Below are positions 42,667 to 52,069 of a stretch of DNA of 64,000 nt, in pieces; positions within the stretch are counted from its first letter, which is position 1, and each line of letters opens with the position of its first letter. The translations under genes and the position numbers were made by a program. The notes beneath the pieces were generated by a model that was not told the origin of the DNA, ran no database searches, and worked only from the letters and a program-made list of their open reading frames with translations. Origin of the DNA: Elusimicrobiota bacterium (GTDB lineage: Bacteria; Elusimicrobiota; Elusimicrobia; UBA1565; UBA9628); NCBI GenBank assembly GCA_027319565.1, contig DAHVNA010000003.1, positions 29,042 through 93,041 on the forward strand, read 5' to 3'.

Positions 42667-43776
42667 TTAATCTTTCTTCTTTATCAAGATAAAGAGCTTG
42701 CCTGCATTCCATTGGTTGGAAGAAACTGTCCGGGCTTGAGCTCCATGCCCCACATACATATCCACCCGTCCTGGGCCCTTGATCGCGCCGCCGGTGTCCA
42801 GGCAAAACGCGAAACTGCGGCGCTTAAAGCGTCCTAGGAAACGCCCTTGACGATCGGCTGATGGCGAGGTCGTCTCTATATAGGCCAAAGCCCCTAGAGG
42901 GATGACGGCGGGATCAATGGCGATAGAAGCGCCAGGCACCAGAGGTTGATGCGCGGTCCCCTGGGGCTCTTCTCCGGGCTGAAACGGATCCAGCTTAAAA
43001 AAAACATAGCGCGGGTCTTGCGCCAGTATCTTTTCTTCCTGATCGGAATGGCTTTTTAAATAAGCATGTAACGCGTCTTTTGATATTTTGCCTTTCTTAA
43101 AAACTCCTTGGCGCACTAAAATCGATCCGATCGGACGATAGGGCAAGCCGTTAGTCGCCGCGTACTGCGCCAAAATTTCGCTCCCATCCGGGAACTTAAG
43201 GATACCGGAGCCCTGAACTTGAAGGTCAAAGACGTCAAAGGGATCTTTCAGCCAAGCCAAGGCAAGACCTTTGCCGGCCAAGGCGTGATCGATATCAATC
43301 TCTTTGCGACTCAAGGAAGAAAGGGCCTTTTCCATCGGCAAGCGATAAATCGGATAGCGATAGACTGAATCTTTATGAAAACGCGCGGAAAGAACCGGCT
43401 CATAATAGTCGGAAAAAATCACTCTTCCCTGGCCGTCCGTTCCTAAAGACTCAAACACCTCAAAATTTTTTTTAAGCGCGCGGGCGAATTGTTTTTGATT
43501 CCGGCTTTCGTGGTTGAGCTTCAAAAACTCTTGAGCGGAATCCGTCAAAGTTTGAACCGTCCATGAATAGCCGCCGGCCTGGACTTTAGATTTTGGAGGC
43601 AATTGCGATAAATAATCCAAGGCCCTTTGGGCCGCGATATCCAAGGCCTTTTGATCCCACTGCGCTCCTTTAAAGGAAGGGGCCTGTAAATTTTTTAGGA
43701 GTTTTAAAGACGGAAATTCTCCGCCCAAAACCGCAACGGGGAAAAAGATAAGAAGAAACAACCTAAAAATTTTCAC
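42667..43776 (-). CDS. mltA: Membrane-bound lytic murein transglycosylase A
   Basis: YYEP, YPIY, LQVQGSG, PRYVFF, SIAIDP, DTGGAIKGPGRVDMYVG (3D domain). Confidence 0.93.
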   Translation of the reverse strand: MKIFRLFLLIFFPVAVLGGEFPSLKLLKNLQAPSFKGAQWDQKALDIAAQRALDYLSQLPPKSKVQAGGYSWTVQTLTDSAQEFLKLNHESRNQKQFARALKKNFEVFESLGTDGQGRVIFSDYYEPVLSARFHKDSVYRYPIYRLPMEKALSSLSRKEIDIDHALAGKGLALAWLKDPFDVFDLQVQGSGILKFPDGSEILAQYAATNGLPYRPIGSILVRQGVFKKGKISKDALHAYLKSHSDQEEKILAQDPRYVFFKLDPFQPGEEPQGTAHQPLVPGASIAIDPAVIPLGALAYIETTSPSADRQGRFLGRFKRRSFAFCLDTGGAIKGPGRVDMYVGHGAQARTVSSNQWNAGKLFILIKKKD

Positions 43777-44936
43777 CGATTAAGCGCAATCCGGGGGTTT
43801 TTAGGCTCAAACAAAACCAGCGTTCGGCGAAGTTCCCCCTCTTCCTCTAGATGAATGGCCTTGACATGGCAAGGCTCGGATTTAAAAACGGTGTCGGCTT
43901 CGACCACTTGATTGGGGCGATCAAGGGCGATTCCAATCAAGCGAAGCACTTCCTGCTGCTGGGTATCGATCACGTCCAATAAATGCGGTTTTGAGGGATT
44001 CTTATTTTGATTGTCTTTGTCTTCAATTCCCGGAATCCCGGAGACCGTCGGCAATTGAAAATTGGTGTAGAGAACGCTATTGTCCTCATCAACGACAATG
44101 GCGTGATAGTTTTTGGGAACCACGGCAAAAAGAATCGAGCGCCACCAACGCGCTTCGGATAAGCCGCGCTGGGATTCACGAACCTTAACCGTGGACAATT
44201 CGCCCTTGACCTTAAAAAGAAACATTTTGAGGGCCTCGGCCACATCTCCGATTTCATCCGAACGCGGCGGGAATTTAAGCTCAAAATTTTTAAACGAAAC
44301 CGCTTCAACAGCTTCTCTTAAATTGAAAAGCGGGATTAGCACCCAACGATGAAGAAAGAAATAAAGCGGGACCCCTAATAAGAGAAGAACACCGACTGCG
44401 CCAACGGCATATTTAGTCATCGCGCTGTTAATGACGGTCACAGCCGTCTCGCGGCTGACTTGGAGATCTAAAATTCCGAGAGCGCGGCCTTCATAGGACA
44501 GCGGAATCGCGATATCGTACAGTGGAAGATTGGGAACAGGAAGAATGACCGGAGATTTCGTCTGCCAAGCCTTGGCAATCGCGTCGGTCGGGAGCGTCAC
44601 CTCTTTGGAAAACTCATCGAAACTTTCCGTAATTTTAGATGGATCTTTAAACCACCGAACCTCTCCATATTTATTTAAATAAACCAAGGCGGCAACCCGG
44701 CGATCGCCCGCAATCCGGGTAATGGTATCCAACTCATCAATGGAAATGACGCTCTGATCATGGCTGAGCCCCCTGACCAAGGTCGGCGCATAGAGATGGA
44801 CCATGTCCAAGGTCTCTTGCTTGAGTTTTTGGTCAAAAGTCCACTTAAAAAGGTTGTAATAGAAAATACCGCCCAGAAACATCACGTAGATTCCGATCGC
44901 GGTAAACCAAAGGAACCATTTCGCGGAAATGCTCAT
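43773..44936 (-). CDS. Two-TM membrane protein with periplasmic domain, HAMP linker and PAS-like cytoplasmic tail
   Basis: TM1, about 140-aa loop, TM2, then IPL..L..AV..V....F...RSDEIGDVAEAL HAMP pattern; no kinase or cyclase motifs. Confidence 0.75.
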   Translation of the reverse strand: MSISAKWFLWFTAIGIYVMFLGGIFYYNLFKWTFDQKLKQETLDMVHLYAPTLVRGLSHDQSVISIDELDTITRIAGDRRVAALVYLNKYGEVRWFKDPSKITESFDEFSKEVTLPTDAIAKAWQTKSPVILPVPNLPLYDIAIPLSYEGRALGILDLQVSRETAVTVINSAMTKYAVGAVGVLLLLGVPLYFFLHRWVLIPLFNLREAVEAVSFKNFELKFPPRSDEIGDVAEALKMFLFKVKGELSTVKVRESQRGLSEARWWRSILFAVVPKNYHAIVVDEDNSVLYTNFQLPTVSGIPGIEDKDNQNKNPSKPHLLDVIDTQQQEVLRLIGIALDRPNQVVEADTVFKSEPCHVKAIHLEEEGELRRTLVLFEPKNPRIALNR

Positions 44937-44961
44937 CTCACGACGCTTCCTTGACCGGGGC

Positions 44962-46290
44962 TCATAGCCCGCCTTTGTTATAAATCTGATCTATCTTTTC
45001 AAGCCCCGCGGCGGCATCGGAATTTTCCGGGTCATATTTCTTGGCCAAGATCCACTCATTTTTCGCCTGTTCGTAATTATGCTGCATATAATACTGAACG
45101 CCCAAGAGATAATGCTGTTTCGAGGCTTTTTTATCCTCCTCTGAAACCGCGGCGGTTTGTAGAGGCGGTGTAGAAGAAGTTTGGGCGGTTTGAGAACTCG
45201 CCGAAACAGAAGCGGTTTGAGCCGCTTTCTCTTTTTCCTTTTTCCGCTCGGCTCTCTTTTTAGCTGCGGCAATAGCCTCTTGTCTTCTCTTGAGCGCGGA
45301 CTTTTCTTCCGCTTTCAACTCTTGATGCCTTTTGACGATCGCGTCTTTGGCTTGGGCAATCAGCTGATCCGCCGACTCCGTGTCGTAACCATAATCTGTA
45401 GCTTGTTTCCACTGGGCAATCGCTTGATTAAAATGTCCCTGACGATAGAGATCTCGTCCGGCAACCACATGCTGATTGGCCATTTCCGAACGAATTTGGC
45501 CCATTAAGCTGCGGACCTTACCATTAGAGGGCTCATAGGACAAAATCTGATCCAAAATCTTGAGCGCCTCGTCGGTCTGGCCTTCCCCGTAAAGAGTCAA
45601 GGCCGCTTCCAGTTTTTTATTCATGTCCCTGTTTTTTTGCTGCATCTCGACTCGCTGAATCGCTTCTTGAAGATGCGGATACCTGGGATTTAAAACAAGG
45701 GCGGAATACCATTGATCCAAGGCTTCTTTATATTGCCTCTTCTGATAGAAAATCCGGCCGCGAACGAAATGCTCATGAGCCAATTTAAAGCGGCACTTTT
45801 TCAGCCAAAACTTGGCCTTGATATTGTAGGGCGACAGCTGAACGACTTCTTTAAACCGGTTTTCCGCCTCGACCAAACGCCCTTCCCGGTAAAATTCCAT
45901 TCCCTCGTCGAACTTATCGACGGATAGCTTATGCTCGGCAAAAAGAGGCCGCGGGGATCCTTTTAAATTAATCGCCGCATCCTGGAGAATCTGCGCGTCT
46001 TGATAATCCGGATCAATAGTCAATATTTGAGCGGTTAATCTCTTAGCCCCGGCGAAATCCCCTTTTTTATATAAATCATATGCGCTCCGGTAAACCTCTT
46101 TGAGCATCGCGCGCGTGATTTGAGACTGTTCTAAATCGACGGTGTCAATGGCTTTTTTCTCCTCATTGGAGCTAACCGGCCCCAAGGTTACTTGGGAAAG
46201 ATTTAGAAATAAAGCGTCCATTTTCTTGTCGCTATCCTGCGCATAAAGCGCGGAAGAAATCAAAAGAAAAAAAGCCGCGACAAAGGCCAT
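44962..46290 (-). CDS. Exported TPR protein (TadD-like position)
   Basis: Signal peptide ending ALYA-QD; multiple TPR repeats and a coiled coil. Confidence 0.8.
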   Translation of the reverse strand: MAFVAAFFLLISSALYAQDSDKKMDALFLNLSQVTLGPVSSNEEKKAIDTVDLEQSQITRAMLKEVYRSAYDLYKKGDFAGAKRLTAQILTIDPDYQDAQILQDAAINLKGSPRPLFAEHKLSVDKFDEGMEFYREGRLVEAENRFKEVVQLSPYNIKAKFWLKKCRFKLAHEHFVRGRIFYQKRQYKEALDQWYSALVLNPRYPHLQEAIQRVEMQQKNRDMNKKLEAALTLYGEGQTDEALKILDQILSYEPSNGKVRSLMGQIRSEMANQHVVAGRDLYRQGHFNQAIAQWKQATDYGYDTESADQLIAQAKDAIVKRHQELKAEEKSALKRRQEAIAAAKKRAERKKEKEKAAQTASVSASSQTAQTSSTPPLQTAAVSEEDKKASKQHYLLGVQYYMQHNYEQAKNEWILAKKYDPENSDAAAGLEKIDQIYNKGGL

Positions 46291-47186
46291 TAGAATCCAA
46301 GGCCTCCTTTGAGAAGCGACTTAATCATCGGTGAAAGCATCATGATAAACACCGTTGGGAAAATGAAAATAAATAGCGGAATCAACATTTTGGTTGAAGC
46401 CTGGGCGGCTAATTTTTCAGCTTTATTGAGACGCCGAAAACGCATATCGGCGGCGTAATTTCGCAAAAGTTCGACCAAGGACGTCCCTAATTCGTCGGAC
46501 TGAATAATCAAGCCTACAAATGAGCGAATTTCTTGAAGCCCGGTCCTCAAGGCCATGCGTTCCAAGGCGTCGCGGCGGGAATAGCCCAAACGAACCTCGG
46601 TCAAGGTCTTATCGATTTCGACCTCAAGCTCGGTTTTAGTCTTGGCGTTTTTGACGATGCGTTCAAAAGCCGACAGGTAATCAAGCCCGGATTCAATGGT
46701 TAAAGCCGCTAAATCGACAAAGGTGGGAAAATTTCTTAAGATGGCCGCTTGCCGAACTTCGACTTGTTTTTTAAAGAGACTGTCCGGCAAGATAAAGCCG
46801 ACCACCAGGCCAAAAATTCCAAACAAAATATTTCCCGTCAAGAGTCCAAACAACGCCCCAAAAGCCGACGCCAAAAGCTCTTTCTGATGGAGAATATCAA
46901 GCGGAGTCGGCTTCTCCGGCCTACCCATCATCATATGCAGATTTTCGATGGCTTTTCCAATCTTTAAAGTATTCAATAGCCATAAATCCAGCCGCTCGAC
47001 AAAAGAGCCCTTGGGGTTTAAAGCCGAAAAAGCGGTCTCAAGGGATTTTTCCGATTTAGCGATTTTAGCGACATCGGTCTCGTCTTGGACTGCCGGGCTA
47101 AAAGCGCGATGAACCAAGGTATAGGTGGCCATCGAGCCTAAAAAGCCCAAAATCAACAAAAGGTAATGCATCATGGTCAAACTCAT
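46290..47186 (-). CDS. tadC: Tad pilus assembly platform protein TadC (T2SSF family)
   Basis: FPTFVDL..IESGL, RLGYSRRDAL, QSDELGTS, AEKLA..KMLIPL..FIFP. Confidence 0.9.
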   Translation of the reverse strand: MSLTMMHYLLLILGFLGSMATYTLVHRAFSPAVQDETDVAKIAKSEKSLETAFSALNPKGSFVERLDLWLLNTLKIGKAIENLHMMMGRPEKPTPLDILHQKELLASAFGALFGLLTGNILFGIFGLVVGFILPDSLFKKQVEVRQAAILRNFPTFVDLAALTIESGLDYLSAFERIVKNAKTKTELEVEIDKTLTEVRLGYSRRDALERMALRTGLQEIRSFVGLIIQSDELGTSLVELLRNYAADMRFRRLNKAEKLAAQASTKMLIPLFIFIFPTVFIMMLSPMIKSLLKGGLGF

Positions 47187-48862
47187 ACCTGGACATCTCC
47201 CAATTTATTGACCACCTTCATACCGATGGCGATCCAGATCGTGCAAAAAAGCAATGTAATTACGCCCAGAGGGCTAAAATAAAAAGCGGACATCTGCTGG
47301 GGCTGAAACAGAAACATCACTAAAAGCATAATCCACGGCATAATGCCAACGACAATGGCCTGAATTCTCTGTTGCGCCGTCATCGCGGCGGTCTTTTCCA
47401 CCAATTTAGTTTCTTCGCGGATATTTTCGACAATGCGGTCAAACAGCTTCGTCAGGTTTCCGCCCGCGGTCCTTTGAATGACAATGGCCTTGATAAAATA
47501 AGACAAAAGTCGGCTCTGCACTCTTTCTTCCATTCCCTCCAAAGCTTTCTCGATGCTGGTTCCCAGCTGATAATTTTTAAGACAAAGCCCAAATTCTTCC
47601 GAGATAGGCGGTTGCAAATCCTTTTGGACCATGCCGAAACATTGCACTAAATCGACTCCCGCTTTAAGGCCATTGGACATCAAAATCAGCGCGTCCATCA
47701 ACTGTTTTTCGCATTTCATCCCTCGGCGAAAACGAATATTCTGTAAAAGCCATCCCGGTAAAATCAGCCCGGCATATGTTCCAAGCCCAAAAAAGATAAT
47801 AAACCCAAAGATATTAAAAGTCAAAAGTCCCACTAAAAACCCCAAGACAATCGGAGCTCCCACTAAATAATTAACTTTAACGGTCAAAAACTGGCGTTGA
47901 TATTCGTAGGCCCACTCTTTAGCCTTGGCTTTATAACGATCCGTCGCTTCTTGGATTTGAGCTTTATTAAGACTGCCGAGAAACCATCCCCCAAAAAGCA
48001 TGACGGCTACTCCCACCAGCGTTAGAAAAGTCGCTAGAGCTGGAGACGCGGGGCCCGGCACATCGGGAGGGGCGTAGCCCGCCGGCGGCTGATTGAGCCT
48101 TTGAAAGGACTGTTTAGCCAACATCGCAATGGCCATGACCCCTTGCCGATATTCCTTCACATTTCCATTGGTTAAACCGGTAATCAAACTTTCCATTTCT
48201 TTGTCGATCAACGAAAAAATCGCCATTTCTTCCCGTCCGCGCCCGGCCAGGGAATTTTCAAGCCGCGCGCGATAGAGGCGGTCCAAGGCCATCTCAAAGC
48301 GAATGCGTTCGGTCTCATAATCGCCGGCGAGCGTCTTGGGATCTTGCAATTGGCCGCCGTCTTTGGGCGATAAGGTTTTGCGGGTCAACTCAAAAACTTC
48401 GTAGAGGACCGCCGGAGGCCCCTGCCAAATCTGCGCCTCATTAAGCGTTCCTTGTTCCGGGTCCTGCCAAACCGGATGAGAAATCATCGCCGGCATAATT
48501 TGATCGACCCAGCCGGGAACGATCAGGGCGGGATCGCGGTCTTTCTTAAAATAATGATAAAAACGCTGGACGTCTGATTCCGCCCCGCTTTGGGGATTAA
48601 AAATATAATTGACCTGGGCCGGATTGAAATAATCGGCGAAAGCGGAAGCGGAAAGAAACGGAGAGAAAAAGAGAGCAACGGAAAGTAACGGAAAGACACG
48701 GAAAGCAAAGGAAGGCAAAGGAAAGTTACGGAAAGAAACGGCAAGTAACGGAAAGAAACGGAAGGTAACGGAAAGACACGGAAAGGAACGGAAAGGAAGA
48801 GACAACAGCGAATACTTGCCGTCTCCTTTTATTTCTTTCCGTTTCTCTCTGTTGCTTTCCAT
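47183..48862 (-). CDS. tadB: TadB with extra N-terminal exported domain; signal peptide is encoded by a repeat array
   Basis: C-terminal QLMDALILMSNGLKAG, PPISEEF, QRTAGGNL, TAQQR; N-terminus ends ASAFA-DY. Confidence 0.88.
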   Translation of the reverse strand: MESNREKRKEIKGDGKYSLLSLPFRSFPCLSVTFRFFPLLAVSFRNFPLPSFAFRVFPLLSVALFFSPFLSASAFADYFNPAQVNYIFNPQSGAESDVQRFYHYFKKDRDPALIVPGWVDQIMPAMISHPVWQDPEQGTLNEAQIWQGPPAVLYEVFELTRKTLSPKDGGQLQDPKTLAGDYETERIRFEMALDRLYRARLENSLAGRGREEMAIFSLIDKEMESLITGLTNGNVKEYRQGVMAIAMLAKQSFQRLNQPPAGYAPPDVPGPASPALATFLTLVGVAVMLFGGWFLGSLNKAQIQEATDRYKAKAKEWAYEYQRQFLTVKVNYLVGAPIVLGFLVGLLTFNIFGFIIFFGLGTYAGLILPGWLLQNIRFRRGMKCEKQLMDALILMSNGLKAGVDLVQCFGMVQKDLQPPISEEFGLCLKNYQLGTSIEKALEGMEERVQSRLLSYFIKAIVIQRTAGGNLTKLFDRIVENIREETKLVEKTAAMTAQQRIQAIVVGIMPWIMLLVMFLFQPQQMSAFYFSPLGVITLLFCTIWIAIGMKVVNKLGDVQV

Positions 48863-48980
48863 TTCTTTCCGTTGCTCTCCGCTTATTTCCGTTTCTTTCC
48901 GTGTCTTTCCGTTACTTTCCGTTGCTCTCTGTTTCTTTCCGTTGCTTTCATTTTCTTTCTGTCACTTTCCGTTACTTTCA
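48651..48980. repeat. Inverted array of 10-bp tandem repeats (GGAAAGWAAC x~15, then GTTWCTTTCC x~16)
   Basis: Read directly: left arm 48651-48800, right arm 48811-48980; the arms are reverse-complement consensus. Confidence 0.97.
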
Positions 48981-51275
48981 TTTCGGTTTCGCCGCCGGGG
49001 CGGGACTTGCATTTCCCATCCCCAACGAGAGCGCCTGTTTTTCCGGCGAGGGAAGGCCTTGTCTTTTGGCCTTGGATTCCTCGCTTTCAAAAATCGACTT
49101 TGGAACATTGAGGCCTTTGAGATGAAACTCTTCGTGAAAGGTAGGGACATAATCGCAGGCGGAAAAATAGCCGACGCTTTGGCCTTTCTCGTTAACTGCC
49201 ACCTGGTGATATTTGTAAATATCGCGCATGGATATCTTAAGCCCCTCTTTTCCGGTCACTTCGGTCACATAGGTCACTCGCCTTTTTCCATCGGCAAACC
49301 GGGTCAATTGAACGATGACGTGAACCGCGCTTGAAATCATGTCCACCAAAACCGACATCGGAAGTTCCGTCCCCGCCATCAAACACATCGCCGACAAGCG
49401 CGAAATCGCGTCATTGGGAGAGTTCGCATGCAAAGTCGCCAGCGATCCCTCATGGCCGGTATTCATCGCTTGAAGCATGTCCAAGGCTTCTCCACCGCGG
49501 CACTCGCCAACCACGATGCGGTCCGGTCTCATGCGCAGACAGTTTTTAATCAGGTCGCGAATGGCAATTTCTCCTTTTCCCTCGATATTGGGAGGGCGCG
49601 ATTCCAAGCGCACCCAATGCTCTTGCATCAAATTAAGTTCCGCGGTGTCTTCCACGGTGATGATGCGCTCGTCTTCCGGAATAAAATTAGACAACATATT
49701 TAAAAAAGTTGTTTTTCCGGTTCCGGTTCCACCGGAGATGATGATATTCTTGCGCAAGATAACGCAGTTTTTAATGAAGTCTATGATATCGGGCGTGCAA
49801 GCCCCAAAGCCAATCAACTGCTTATAAGTAAAGGGTTTTGCCGAGAAACGCCGAATGGTAAGCGTCGGACCGGAAACCGCCAGCGGCGCGATAATGGCGT
49901 TGACCCGGGAACCGTCTTTAAGGCGCGCATCGACGAGTGGCACCGACTCATCAATTCTACGCCCCACCGGAGCGACAATGCGCTTGATCACTTGAACCAC
50001 CTGATCATCGTCTCTAAACCTCACCGGAAGAAGCACTAATTTGCCCTGGCGCTCGATATAAATTCGGTCAAAAGCGTTGACCATGATTTCGTTGATGCTG
50101 GGATCCCGCAAGAGAGACTGAAGCGGCCCTAGACCCAAGATTTCATCGATGAGTTCGGTAGTGAAAAGTTCGCGCTGTTGGCGTGAAAGTTTTAGATCCG
50201 GCTCTCGTTGAAGCAGGCTTTCGATGATCGCTGAAACTCTCGCCCGATTTTCTTCATTCTGACCGGTTTCATCTGCAATGCGAATGCGCTCGGTTTCCAT
50301 CGCGGTCACAACCAACTTGTGCATCTTCCCTTTGAGCTCATCCCAAAAAGGCGGAAGATCTTCAGCGGGCAAACGAACAGGATCGGGCTTTTTCTTGGCG
50401 GGCGCCTCAGGAGAATCCGCGCCAAGAGCGGATTTCCACAAGAGTTCCGAGCCTTGCTGGAATTCGCTTGTCTCAAGATTGGACTCCCACGATTTCGCCG
50501 CCGGAATCGCGCTGCCAAGACGAGCGAGCAGAACTTTAAGGGTTTTTGCCCAGTCATTTTGCATATTTTCGGCGACTAAAATTTTTTGCGTATTGGCGCA
50601 CTCGGGAATCAACTCCTCCCAAGGCATATAGGCCAGCACTTTCTTTTGAAGAGTCTGGAAAAATTTATCGATTTCTTGGGGAGCTAAAGAACCGGGGAGA
50701 TTGGCTTGGTTGATCACCACTTCAAAGCGTTCTAAAGGAAAATGGAGGGCTTTGAGCTCGGAAAAGATGTTGTAGGTCGCCTCGCAATGGCTTCTCTGCG
50801 GCAGACAAACCCAATAGACGAGATCGGCGAAATCCAAAGAGAAAATCTGCATTGGAAAATAAGGGTCGACATCGATAAAAATATCATAAGTCTCAGAAAG
50901 GGCTCCCAAAACCTTGGCTACCACCTGGGGCTGAAGCATCGTGATCTCTTTTCTGTTATTACCCAAGGGCAAGACTCCGACCCCCCATTGGCTCATCGGG
51001 ATTCGCCCGCGCAAGAGCTTTCCTAATCCTGAAGGGTTAGGCGCGACCAAGGAGGAAAGCTGCGCTAACGTCGGAGAATTAAGGCGCAATTGAAAAGAAA
51101 GATCATTGCGTCCTAAAGGATCCATCGAGACGATCAAAACGTTTCGGTTCTGGGTTCCGGCCCACACCAAGGCCAGGTTAAGACATATCGCGCTTTTCCC
51201 GACCCCTTCCTTGGGCCCGGTAAAGACCGCAACCCGTCCCGGCAAACTAACCGTCTTCGTTTCTGGGCTTGCCAT
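48978..51275 (-). CDS. cpaF: Fused CpaE/TadZ (ParA/MinD-like) and CpaF/TadA pilus ATPase
   Basis: N-terminal GPKEGVGKS deviant Walker A; C-terminal GLGPL, VDARLKDGSRVN, GGTGTGKTT, LRMRPDRIVVGE, MNTGHEG. Confidence 0.93.
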   Translation of the reverse strand: MASPETKTVSLPGRVAVFTGPKEGVGKSAICLNLALVWAGTQNRNVLIVSMDPLGRNDLSFQLRLNSPTLAQLSSLVAPNPSGLGKLLRGRIPMSQWGVGVLPLGNNRKEITMLQPQVVAKVLGALSETYDIFIDVDPYFPMQIFSLDFADLVYWVCLPQRSHCEATYNIFSELKALHFPLERFEVVINQANLPGSLAPQEIDKFFQTLQKKVLAYMPWEELIPECANTQKILVAENMQNDWAKTLKVLLARLGSAIPAAKSWESNLETSEFQQGSELLWKSALGADSPEAPAKKKPDPVRLPAEDLPPFWDELKGKMHKLVVTAMETERIRIADETGQNEENRARVSAIIESLLQREPDLKLSRQQRELFTTELIDEILGLGPLQSLLRDPSINEIMVNAFDRIYIERQGKLVLLPVRFRDDDQVVQVIKRIVAPVGRRIDESVPLVDARLKDGSRVNAIIAPLAVSGPTLTIRRFSAKPFTYKQLIGFGACTPDIIDFIKNCVILRKNIIISGGTGTGKTTFLNMLSNFIPEDERIITVEDTAELNLMQEHWVRLESRPPNIEGKGEIAIRDLIKNCLRMRPDRIVVGECRGGEALDMLQAMNTGHEGSLATLHANSPNDAISRLSAMCLMAGTELPMSVLVDMISSAVHVIVQLTRFADGKRRVTYVTEVTGKEGLKISMRDIYKYHQVAVNEKGQSVGYFSACDYVPTFHEEFHLKGLNVPKSIFESEESKAKRQGLPSPEKQALSLGMGNASPAPAAKPK

Positions 51276-51276
51276 T

Positions 51277-52020
51277 TTATTTCACGATATCTAAAGTGAT
51301 AAACAAAAACAAGGTCGACTCTTGCTCTTGAACGCTGGTCTGAGTAAACAAAAGCCCCAGTAGCGGGATACGGCCCAAATACGGAACTCGCGTTGTGGTG
51401 ACGTTTTTAGAACTGGTTTTAAGCCCTCCAATCACCAAGGTCTCCCCGCTTCTAACCTCGACCGAAGTTTGTATCTGACGAGTCGTAATAGACGGCACCA
51501 CGCTTCCACCCACTTGAACGGTTTGTGAATAATTGGGATTGGAAACTTCTAGCTGAAATTGAGCCATAATATGGTCTTTTTTATTCGGGTCCACGCTCAC
51601 CGCCGCGTTTAAAATCGTGGCGATCTTTTTAAAACTGACGCCCACTCCTTGGACATTGACCACTGGATAGGGTTGCTCTCCTCCAACGACAAAATTGGCC
51701 TGTTGGCCTGATTGAACGATGACCTTGGGGTTTGACAAGGTCTGGGCTTTGCCGTCTGTCTCCATCATCTGAAGAGAAGCCTGCAAAGCCGTCTTTCTCG
51801 CGAAATCGCCAATACGGATAAGCCCGGGAATTGAATTTTCGGCAAAGGTAATTCCGGTTTGAAACGGCCCCCAGTTAAAACCTTCTGCTTTAGTCACGGA
51901 ACCTGAAATCTCCACGATATCCGCCGATATGGAAATGAGCGGAGTCTCATCTGCGGCAAGCGCGCGTGACTGCGCCGCCATCAGAATAACCAATACTCCC
52001 CACCACTGTCGCATCATCAT
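51277..52020 (-). CDS. Minimal secretin (RcpA/CpaC-like)
   Basis: Signal peptide; GKAQTLSNP, ANFVVGGE, TRQIQT.V....GETLVIGGL, VPYLGRIPLLGLLF. Confidence 0.88.
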   Translation of the reverse strand: MMMRQWWGVLVILMAAQSRALAADETPLISISADIVEISGSVTKAEGFNWGPFQTGITFAENSIPGLIRIGDFARKTALQASLQMMETDGKAQTLSNPKVIVQSGQQANFVVGGEQPYPVVNVQGVGVSFKKIATILNAAVSVDPNKKDHIMAQFQLEVSNPNYSQTVQVGGSVVPSITTRQIQTSVEVRSGETLVIGGLKTSSKNVTTTRVPYLGRIPLLGLLFTQTSVQEQESTLFLFITLDIVK

Positions 52021-52069
52021 GTTGTCGTACTGTTGAGCCGGGGCAAAGCCCCCAATTTACTTCGTTTGC

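Noticed and set aside
48651-48980. CRISPR array interpretation of the repeat arrays (also 54831-55110)
   Set aside because: Units are contiguous 10-mers with no unique spacers, and no cas genes are in the window
48816-49334. Plus-strand ORFs of 172, 79 and 74 aa rich in F/S/L/R
   Set aside because: By-products of the stop-free pyrimidine repeat arm, antisense to cpaF and tadB
52040-52053. Short GGGGC-AAA-GCCCC hairpin between cpaB and the secretin gene
   Set aside because: Only about 5 bp with no U-tract; too weak to call as a terminator or REP
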